A stretch of 64,000 nucleotides of DNA from Cyanidioschyzon merolae (Eukaryota), in assembly GCA_000091205.1 (NCBI GenBank), contig AP006493.2; one strand, given 5' to 3'. Below, piece by piece: positions 32,339 to 42,968 of this stretch. A program made the translations under genes and the position numbers. A model generated the notes under the pieces. The model saw nothing but the letters and a program-made list of their open reading frames with translations. It did not search any database and had not been told where the DNA came from. Positions within the stretch are counted from its first letter, which is position 1; every line of letters starts with the position of its first letter.

Positions 32339-34810
32339 GGCACGACGTATAGAGTGCTCCAAGCTGCAGATGAGCGCCTGTGCGTAGCGCAAGTCCATGC
32401 GCTCTGAAGTACAGCCAATGACGATTGCTTCGCGGAGTCGAAGACTGCTTTGCATGCAGACTGCCGAGGTGTCAGCAGGGATGCAGAGGCACAACTCGAG
32501 TCATCCAGAGAATCTTCACAATGGTATGTGATGGATCTCAGTGCGGGTGCTTTGCTCGTGGGTCCGGGGACTCGCGTTGCGATTCGAATCCGGGTGTTTC
32601 CTGTGACCATAGCCTTCTAGGCTTGAATAGCTTTCACAATTTGTTGCTAGTGCATAGCGGCTATGGAATACGTGCGCATTCGCGGACGCTCTAAACAGGA
32701 TATCTTGGGGGCTGTTTTGCCTGTGAGCTTGAAATCCGTGATCGCCTGTTCCACGAGAGAAACACAGACGACGGAGTTCTCTTCCAAAGGTGTATGAATG
32801 TCCACACTGGCTGTTGCCACAACAGGCACGGTCTTGGCAGCTCGTGCTACAGCCTCTGCTTCCTACAGCATCTTCGCTTCAGTCACGAGTTCGATTTGCG
32901 TGGATAACATGCCTCATCGCTATGCGCGGCGTCAAGCTGGACGGGAAATTCTGCTGCCTCCACGACTAGGCGTGGAAACTGCGATCCTGAATCTGGTCAA
33001 ATCAGTGCTAAAAAAAGGTTAGTAATCTGGTCCAAGGAACTGAAGCAGGTCGCGGGGACGCCACCGTTTTGATGAGCGTACGCTGGCGACCAGTTGCAAG
33101 CGACTGGCAGGTCCAGGCACTACAGCTGGCCGCTGCTCGAAGAATACGCCCATCGACCGGGGCGCGTCTCACGACACTGAGACAGTTGCTGGTAGCGACA
33201 TAACCGGTTCCGTCTCGAATGGCCAACATAGGGAGCACACTGCCAGAGTAAGCCCCATTGTGTTCACGAGTCGCCGTCCATGAAGGACGGTCGCTCTCGC
33301 TCGTTCCATTGCTGATTCAGTGCAGGCTGCCGCTGCCAAACATGGGGCGCAAGCACCCCAACGCGGCAGCAGGTTCCAGCGCTGCACCATCGACAAGCGA
33401 CGTTCACTGTCGCGCAGCACTCCCGCTCTTATTGGGGTTCTGTGGTTGCAGTCCCGCGAGCAGAAGTGTGCGCGACCTGAAACGCCCAGCTTTGCTTACC
33501 ACCGACACTCTCTGACCTACTGTCCGGGGACTTTCACCCAGAGCCAAACGGCTGGCATCGAATCAGGGCGCACCTGTTCGCACCGAGCCTGGTTTAGGGG
33601 CTAATCCAGGACCCTCCCGTAAACCGTACGTAGCGCTCTGATAACGAGGAACGCTTAGCAGAGTCTTCCCCGAGTTGATCCGTTGCGTCCGGAGCAATTC
33701 CAGTTTACTTACGTTCTGTTGGGCGCGAAAAAAGCAACATTAGCTTATTGAGTGTGTGCTGGCGTCGGTAGCCAATGTTCTCGTGGTGAATACGTCCACG
33801 GACAAGGCGACTGCCACGGGCTGGTTGCGGATCCGCGTAGACTTTCCTTTGGGAAAAGGATCGTTTAAACGACACAGAGGTCCTTCACCCAAAAAAAAGC
33901 CCCGCTCGGCAGATCGCACAACATGCCGCAGCGTTTCTTCTAATTCCGTCAACTAACCACGTCCGAAGCCTCATTGGTGAATACGAGTCAGCTCGAACAA
34001 GACGGCACCGAGTTGTCGGAGCCGCGCCGAGGCGCGTCAAGACGGCGGCGTCACAAAGATTACAGATTGAAACTAAACCATATGATATAAATAGAGTCAA
34101 TATATCCATTCCCACATAACCGCTTTGCTGCGCTGAGCATCCTATAGAGTCCGAGGAGAATGCTCTGGTGTCGTCGACACCGCAGTGGGCGAGGCCAGAG
34201 CGCTGCCTCCGGAACTATCGAGCATGCTTGGAGATAACATCCGCACGAGGCCGTCCTGAACGGTGATGCTTTGAGCTCGAGTTTGTCATGGTGTGGTGAA
34301 ACGCCCCTGAACGAGTGCGACGTCCACAGACGCCCGCCGCACGCACAGGGTACAGACGGTATCGAGAAGGCGCCCTCACTCCGTACCGCAACTGCCCCAG
34401 TGCACCCAATAAAGTCGCAACACACGTAGCCTACGTTCGTTATCCAGAAACTGAGTCGATCCATCTTACAGCGACGCCCGTGTGTGTCGCGGGTCTGCAG
34501 CTTCTGCGTCACGGAAGCGTCTCTAGTGATGCAGGGGTCGCCTTAGCTGGCTGTCGGCAGTCGAGATGAGTTCAAGACTGCACCCGGTGCATCGTAGGCA
34601 GGGTCCAGCAGCGCGCACCCACGCTACGTCCCATTAATACAGTTTTATCTATCTCTATGCTGATTTACTGTTCGCTCGTGGCGAATCGCCCAAGGCGCCA
34701 TTTTAGCCGTATTCATTATTTTTGAATTGCCGTGCTGCTTCCAGGAACGCTGGTTGCAACGAAACAGGCGTAGCGGTGTCTTCTCCTGCGCTCTCTTTCT
34801 CTCTCTCTCG

Positions 34811-37800
34811 ATGCAGCCTGTTTGGGAGACGTCCAAGGAGAACGTACAGCCCATAAAGCCAGGTAGGTCCTTGCGGAGGCTTGAAGCCGCACTAGGCGCT
34901 GCCGCTTCGGAGCAGCGAGCGCCAGAGGGTCTCGATGCTCGGGTACCCGGCCACGATCTGGACGGCGTTCACGTTCATCTCGGACGTGATTTCCCGAGTA
35001 CACGCTCGAAAGTAGAAGATTCCTTATCAGCAAAAGTGAAAAGGCAAGCAAAGGCTATCTCGGGAGGCTTGAACGAAGGCAGCAATACAACTGATAGAGA
35101 GCAACGTGCACCACTAACCGCGACTGTGGAAAAAGGAGGCGTTGCTCATGCGCGTTCGCCAGGAACGCAGCGCTGCACTAGCTCGGCTGGAAGCGATTTA
35201 GAAACGACGATCGAATGGTGGGAGCAGCGAACGTCGAGAGCCGTGGAAGAATCACCTGCTGACCCGCTAGCAATCTGGATCGCGTACATCAGATGGCGGC
35301 AGGAGGCTTTTCCGAGCGAGGGTCCTCGATCACAGCTCGCTACTGTGATGGAAACAGCTTTAAGAAAATTTGGTCCAGCCACCAGCGACCCTTATCTTGA
35401 GCAGTATATCGAGCAATACCGAAACGATTCACGATACGTTCGTCTCTGGGTGCAGTACGCCGATTTGTGTCCGGATCCAACCGAGATTTTTCTCTACATG
35501 CGAGCACAAAACATTGGGCAGTGTTTGGCTCTTTTTTACGAGGCTTTCGCTTCGGTCCTGGAAGCGAAACATCAGTTCGCTATGGCGGACCGCTGCTATG
35601 CAGAAGGGATTGAACGCGGAGCCGCCCCTTTGGACCGTTTACATCGACGCCATGAGGAGTTTCAAGCGCGAATGATGAGGCGCCTAGAGCGTCAGCGACG
35701 AGCACAACAACATGCGGGACCCCTGCGGCATGGTGATTCTGACGCAGGGGGAACCGTTCCAGTTCGACATACCTTAAGAGGCGGGCAGCAGCCAACAGGA
35801 TTGGGTGGAAATACTGCGCAGAGTACGGATATTCCACGCAGCGCGCTTTCATCGCTTCGTGAGCCAGATGCTTCTACCCGGGGCGGTCAGCCATACAGTC
35901 GTCGAAGCGCAAGTGCGGAAGCGCATGCGAACACCTCCGCCTGGAACGAGACGCAAGGCCTCCGTCGACACGACTCACAGACTGGGGCGTGGGAGCCTCG
36001 AGGATCCCACGTGAACGCAGCCTCGATGAGCGAACGACCAGGGCGGTCCTTTGTCGTTCATGCTGACAGCTCCCAGCTCACAGAGCAGTCGACGAGTGCT
36101 GCGTCAGCGCAGCTGCCAGAGCGACCCGGTGAGAGCGGCATGCCCACCGATGGGCTGCGCTTTCCTTCCGTCGCTGCTGGAAAACGAGAGAACCAGGGGC
36201 GCATCCAGCCATGGAACGGTGTGCATCTCATTCAAGACAATGAGGCTCGCTTTCAGCACCAACGTGCGATGAATGCAGCGCTCGTGCCTCATGATCAGCG
36301 ACGCACACTTGCATTCACAGTTTATGTCGATGAAGACGAGGAGGAGCAGGAGGAGCAGGAGGAGCAGCAACAGCTACATACCGCATCAGATGCTCGTTCC
36401 CTGCCGCACACCTTCGACGTGGCGGCACCGTCTACAGATCCAACTAGATCTGCTGAGCGTCGCTCATCCTCGGGAAGAAGCAGCACCGGGATGAAACACG
36501 CGTCGGAGCGCGCTGAGCACACAGAGAGCCCGTTCGTCTCCGGAAGTAGCCGCTCCGGCGCACAGCTCCATACGCCTTTGCGGACTGAGAATCTTGCCAC
36601 GAGCAGGCACGTTGTCGCTCGAAGCGATTCGGTACAAGAGCCTGAATGCTCTGTTGCGCTACGAAACACGCCGATTTCCAGCCAACCAGGTGCCCAGCGT
36701 ACCGGAGAGACTCGTGCAATGTCGTTGTCACCGCCATTCTCGCCGTCACCGTCACCACCGTCTTCATCAGCAAGTTCTGGCCAGCGCCTCAATTCCGAAC
36801 AACTCCAAGTATGCTCACCTACGCTGCACACGCGACAAGCAATGGCTGATATCGAATCGATGTTCAACGAACCCTTGCATTTTGAGTTCGAGGAGACCCG
36901 CGTGCTCCGCGAAATGACAAAGAGTGATCCTGCAAAAGCGACCCCGACAGCCGGAGCTTGGCAACAAGTCAACGACAGTTTGCGCTCGCCGCTTATTGTG
37001 GAGGCCGATGAAAATACACCCTGTCTTGCCACGTCGGCTCCCACACGAGAAGCTGAAGCGCGTGTCCACGGCAGTTCGGGTGCCCAAAGTCGAATGCTAG
37101 ACTCAAGCTTCGATGCAGATGCGAGCGACTCCGACAAGGAAAACTGCCTCGATAGTGCCCGGAAAACAGAGTCAAGATCGCAGCGTCCCGTTTACCCGAG
37201 AAGCTCTCTTGCTACTGGTGGTGTGTTGGTGGAAAGGTGTCTGCCTTCACCAACAGATGCTGATTTTATCGACGTTGAAGAAGACTTTACTGTCGACAAT
37301 GAGCGCGCCTGGGAGACGGCAGACCCGAAGCGCAGCGTCCTCGAGAGCACCGCAGAAGCAGTTGCTGCAGTTGAGCAAGCGCTCGTACCTGCGATGCAGT
37401 TCCAGTGCTCCCTGGCTACACGCCCTTCGCCTGGTATGCGACGTGAAGTGGCGGAATCAGCAGCCTGTTCGCTTCACGCAGAGACCATGCGGGGCGCCAA
37501 GAGCAGCGAAGAGCGACCCCAATGCTTCCCGACATCAGATGCTCTGGATAATGACAATGCGTCTTGTCGACAGGAGCTTTCGATACCAGATAACCGATCG
37601 TTTGAGGCTGCACCAAAGTCGCCCTCGTCGATGCGTCCGAAGGAAGCCTTGGTTATAGGGCAATGTTTGCTGGACGCGGATACCGCGCCACACCGCTCTG
37701 TGCTGCCTCCAGGACATGGCCAGTCGCCACAAGCGGCGCGTTTGGAGGACCCCGCCACGGAAACCGCTGCGCAAGGCGCGTCACATTCACCAGACGTGTT

Positions 37801-39491
37801 GCAGCGTTCGCCTGCCTCGACGCACCAGCAGCTCGATGCCCAAAACCGAGAACAAGTCGCCCGCAGCCGTACGGGCAGTCCAGGTGCCCTGCTGACAAGC
37901 ACGACCGCGCCCGCAAGCCCTGCTGCTGAGAGTATGCCCTTGCCGGACTCTCGCTCGCCAGAGCAGCATATGGCAGCTTTACAACCACCAACACCACCGT
38001 TACCATCAACATCGTCATCATTATCGTGCAGCGCGATGCACCAGTTGTTCCAGCCTGTGCTCCGCACGCCCGAACGAGAGGCCTTTTTGTGCGAAATGGA
38101 AGAGAGTACGTCTTCGAATGCATCTCTCATGAACCCCGCTGATCTTTGTAATGCCCATGTACAGAGCGATGCTTGGTACCTGGATCTGACGACAGATTCA
38201 CCTCTGGGGACTGCGGCGACATCCAAGGAGACGTGCAACGCAACATGTGCGAGCCACGGGAAGGGTACGCAGAGCCAGGAGCGCTCGCCTGGGTCGCCAT
38301 CCAGTGACTGTATACCGTTTCTTGCGAAAGACATGACCGTCGCCCTTCTCGACGGGATTGGCAGCATGCCTTCTGGAAGCCAAGCAGTGCCCCAACCTCC
38401 TGCACGCGCTCAAGTGGAGTCGTCCAACGCCGACGCCACTGGAGCACTGGATAACATGTCCGCTGAATCCCTGCAAGCCGATGCTGCGGTCAATGGTACT
38501 GCTACTGCTACTGGTACTGGTACCAGCGATACCGTCAACGAAGACAACACCGCCAACACGACGCCGTCAAGCAGAGAGCGTGCGGCCTCTGCATCCCTCT
38601 GTGAGGATGAGACAGCGTCTAGCGCTGCTGCGTCCGCACGCAGCGACTCGGAAGCGGATGCTGCACAGGCGGCATATTCGACGGATACCTTGAGAAGCGC
38701 TGCTCAAACACATGAAGTACCGCTCAGGCACCCGCTGTGGGCTCTTGCCGGTACCGACCAGCTGCTCTGTTCGGCACCCCTGAGCCCTATTCCCGAAGGG
38801 CATGAGGAAGCGTCCTCGACGTTGTCGTCGTCGCTGAGCTCGCCGTGCCAGCATGCAGCTGCTGTCCAAGAAGGGACTGCAAGCTGTGCTGCCTCCCCGG
38901 GATTGTCCCCGCTCGCCGCTCGCTCGTCGACAGGGTCCGCCTGCTCTGCCCAGAGCACCGCTAGGCAGCGGCAAGCAAACGGTACTATATGGGGTACGCC
39001 CAAGGCCGCTTCTGGGAACTGGACCAGCAACACAGAGTCACCTAGCGTAGACGCCCTTCACGAGCAGCACAGCGATACCCTCGTCTTGCGTCCTTTCGCT
39101 TTGACGTTCAGGGAGCAGGAAGAAGCGTGGCTCTCTGAACATTTACAGCGAACGAAGCCTTGCGACCAGTTCGTGCTCGCGAATACGCTCGAACTGGAAG
39201 AGCATACTTCGTGTAATGTGCGGATAACGAAACCCCAAAGCCGCAGCGAATGCTGGTACGTTCGGAGCGTCTTGAGCGTCTCAAACGACTGCACTCAAGG
39301 ACACATGCAGAGCAGCTCCGCTGGCAAGTCGTCGCCCGCTGTCTATTATCTAGTCGAGCGTATCCTTGGCACCAATGAAGAAGACACCAAACGTCGAAGA
39401 CGCCGCATCTCGCTGCCGGCTTGTTCTGAAAAGTCCACGAGGTCTGCAGCGCGTACCGCACTGGAACGTGTGTTCTTCGAGTGTGGTCCGC

Positions 39492-39524
<33 letters not shown>

Positions 39525-40675
39525 CCTCGCTGCTGTTTCAGCCAATGCGCAGGGCAAAAGCAACCAACCGTATGCTACTTGTGCTCAAGGAACAGCCCAT
39601 AGGCGCAGCGCGCTGGGAATGTGTGGTGTTACAGCGGCTCCACGAGGCCTCTGCAGCGTCAGACGGATGCTGCGAGGACCCGATCCTCACTCGTTTGCCA
39701 CGGGTAGAGACGCTTTATGAAGCACCGGATACGCAGAGCGCCTACACCATTCTGGGGCAAGTACCGCCCTGGGGCACGCTGGGCGATCTCCTCGACCTCG
39801 TACGAACCCCAGGATACGTGGAGCGACCCCATCCACATGACGTCGCGATGACTGGACCTCTCGACAACAACAACAACAACAACAACAACAGCTTTTACGA
39901 CTACAACTACAACTATCGCCACGGAGGCCTTGATCCAGCTTTTGTCGCATTTGTTGCCTCTGAGCTGCTCCAGTTGCTCCTTTTCGTGCACCGTCAGTTG
40001 ATTATGCACTGGCATATCCGACCCGAAAGTTTATGGCTGGTTCCTGGCGATAGCGCTCTCGCGCCGCGTATTCTACTCTCTGACTGGCAACACGCTTTGG
40101 ATCTGCGAGTGCTCACGCTCTTACAGCGAGGCCCGGAAGCAGAAGCGCTTGCCGCTGAAGCCAAGTGTCGCGGTGGCTGGGTGCCCAGGGCTTTTCGCTG
40201 CTTGGCGATGGAGCAACCACAGCAGCCGTGGGCGTTTGATGTGGACCTGGCTGCGGTTGGCTCTACGTTGTGGCAGCTGTTGGGGCACCAGGGGCCGCCA
40301 GCCCGGCTCGCTCCCATGAATCAGACTGATCTAGTGCGCTACCTCGAAAGCAGGAGCTGCAATGAACTGCCCCCATCGGATGGTGTCACCGCCTGGATTG
40401 AGCCTGTTGTTGGGGCTTTGGCTGGCTGCCCGTCACGAAGCTCCTCTGAGAGCGTATCCCTCTGCAGCTTGATTCAGGAAAGGTTCATTGAGCCGGTCTG
40501 TTCCGCTCACTGGAAACGCATCTGTGAGCGAGCACGCAGCTACGCCTGGTTGCTCATGGCGGTGCGACAAGAGCGCACTCCCAAGCGCTCGGATGACGCT
40601 GTCGTCGAGCGTCAACGTACAGCGCGGGCAACGTTGAGCGCTGCTCCTTCCCGATACCGGCGAACGAGCGTATAA
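34811..40675 (+). CDS. Mad3/BUBR1-like (MadBub) spindle-checkpoint protein, with an N-terminal KEN box, the Mad3/BUB1 homology region and a degenerate C-terminal kinase-like domain. The open frame begins at 34727.
   Basis: The N-terminus MQPVWETSKENVQPIKPGR matches the BUBR1/Mad3 KEN-box context (EWELSKENVQPLRQGR). LAIWIAYIRW...YRNDSRYVRLWVQYADLC...EIFLYMRAQNIGQCLALFYEAFASVLE...ADRCYAEGIERGAAP is the Mad3-BUB1 region I TPR. A second KEN is at SDKENCLD. The C-terminal region resembles a kinase fold but lacks HRD/DFG (LIMHWHIRPESLW). Internal (AGC)n and (AAC)n encode poly-Ser and poly-Asn. Confidence 0.85.
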
Positions 40676-41140
40676 GCGCTAACCTTGTCGCCGGGGCGTA
40701 CTGCGCTGCCTGACGGCGTCTAGGAAACCTCTACGAGCTGCTCCCAGCGACAGCAACAGCAGCACCAGAAGCAGCAAAAAGTTCACCGAACGCTTCGTGT
40801 ACCTGTCACTGCGCCTGTACTTGGACGTGCGTGATCGGGTCGGGAAACCGTGTGAGAAGCGAGCCAACCGCTAACGCTAAAGTAGCCGCTGCCCTATTTC
40901 TGTTTCCCGCTATCCACCGGTACCACGCTTTGTACAGCGTTCGACGCTCACCGGTCTCATTCGACGCGGCGGAGTGCGCGTTTCCTTTCGAGTAACGAGC
41001 ATGGTGCTGTCGTTGGGATACAGGCTGGATGTATGCAGCGAACCCGAACAAAGCGTGTCTCCTGTTGACGCTGATCTCGTTGCTGTTGCATTCGCCAACT
41101 CGATACAAAGAAATATGTTCTGAAGGCTCACTTGGTATCC

Positions 41141-41173
<33 letters not shown>

Positions 41174-42180
41174 ATTGCACGTTTCCAACGGCTTCCTGCA
41201 CACTCCGCATCAAGGCCATGGGCGATGACCCGTACGAGCATATGCTTCGAATCATGAGAGCATAGGGTGCAGCGCTCCAGCTGTGGTACCTGGAATAGCA
41301 AGCGAATTGGCGCTCGCTCATTCCCTCTGGTGATGCGGAATGGATGTACTCGTCGAGAACGCGACGCGAGTCGTTTATCATATGATCAGAGCGGTGAACC
41401 CTGGCATAGCGGTTCCCGTACGCAATTTTTGTCTTCGTTTGTTTCTGTCGCAGGTATTCCATAAAAGGATGGTATCCTGGATGATGGAGAAACGTCGCGG
41501 ACGGGTTTTGTGGCGTCACTGGTCGCTTGTAGAAAATAACTTTTCTTTTCAAGTTCAGGCATTGTAGGGTCAGCAGGCGGATGAAGTTCATGACGCGTAT
41601 TTCGAATGCCGAACGTCATGGACGCAAAACAGACCTTACCAAACGCTCTGTATGCGACGCTGTCAATCGATTACTCTCGACAAGTGATCTAAAAAATAGG
41701 ACCATGGACGGCACATGCTATGACGTGTCCGTCGTGCTGGTACCAGCAATGACGAAGACACAAGGATGGATAGAGAACCAAGCAACTACGCTTGTACGCG
41801 ATACCGCCGCAAGTCCATATAAAGCGTTCAAGCGGGGAGAATGACAACTTGAGACCCAGCGGGGATTCAGTTGCGTGAACGTCGACGACGCACCGTTGGG
41901 ATTGGGTCGTTCGACATACCTCATGCTTCGCTGGGGCACGTTTCGTTGCTTCTTCTTCTTCTTCATATTCTTTTGTCTTGATCGAAGCCAACGTCGCTTT
42001 ATGCAACGCAAATGTGGTCAAGTGCATGCAGCTGATATGAGTCTTGAGCAAATCTTCGTTTCAGAGTACTTTTTCCCTGGTTCAGTGCCGTCGGAGGTGT
42101 GCTTTTGGATATCGAACGCCAGTTTTGCGCTTACGAATGCACAAACGAGTCGTGCGGGATCGTCTCCAGTGATGAGCTGG

Positions 42181-42945
42181 TTTGTTCTGAGCCTCGTTCA
42201 CTGAGCGTATCTATGAACGTCCATATGGACCAAGCGGACGACTTTGTGCAGGCTTCCATGAGCGTGCGCTGGGGACTCTCCAGCTTGTTCAATGAGCCGC
42301 AAAAAGAAATGACTGATACATCGCGTCGTCTGCCGGTGGTATCCTATGACGCTGGACACGCCGTGGTGCGCAAATGCTGCACTCGTGCGCCCTCGACCTC
42401 GGCACACATAGAGTGCTGGTATCGACGCTGCTTTACGAGCGTAGATGTGTTCAGGACGACATGGACGCAGAATGAGTACAAGTGCACGTTGAAGTAGGTA
42501 GTGAATGAACGTGTGAAATAGAGCTGAATGCACGGGATGGTGTAGAGTAAGGTGAACGAACGCTGGATAACGAGGAAAACGACAGGAATCGGCGTGATAT
42601 CGTGTGATTCTCGCCACCGTCCATACATGCAGGCAGTTTCTGCACCGATATCAGAACACCTCGATCAACATTCGCAAATGGGTCGTTTGCTTCCAAATAG
42701 TGCAACGGTTATGCATCGAACGAATCGTTCAGTGAGTACTTTAGTGCCGTGTACGGGCGTGATATGCTGAATCGCTGCGGATTTGTGATGGGGAATCGCT
42801 CAGTGTCCAGCAGAGAGACAGAGAGAGAGGCCACGGCTTGCTCGCCTGAAGCGGTGCACTTGCAGGGTGCGGCTGAGGGATCCAGAGATGCTGGATAGCC
42901 GTCCATACACACCAAGAACGAGTCTTCTGCGTTATTTTTAAACAC
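42181..42945 (-). repeat. Copy B of the 768-bp dispersed repeat, in inverted orientation relative to copy A
   Basis: See copy A. The reverse complement shares TGTTTAAAAATAACGCAGAAG...CGCTCAGTGAACGAGGCTCAGAACA with 16851-17618. It lies immediately downstream of the stop (42969) of the 987-aa minus-strand gene. Confidence 0.9.
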
Positions 42946-42968
42946 TGATGATGATCTAGTATTTGACA

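Noticed and set aside
32555-32600. A tRNA-like GATTCGAATCC T-loop motif
   Set aside because: The flanking bases cannot form T-stem, acceptor-stem or anticodon-arm pairings, so I could not build a cloverleaf by hand.
40806-41591. A 261-aa minus-strand ORF with a poly-Leu run
   Set aside because: The poly-Leu is just the (CAG/CTG)n microsatellite at about 41137-41175 read in frame. There is no motif, and the region is more likely UTR or intergenic sequence between MadBub and repeat copy B.
16851-42945. Interpreting the inverted repeats as the TIRs of a giant Polinton/Maverick- or Starship-like transposon
   Set aside because: The internal cargo consists of conserved housekeeping genes, and there is no pPolB, integrase, tyrosine recombinase or transposase. 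The termini are TGTT...AACA (LTR-like), not a typical TIR.
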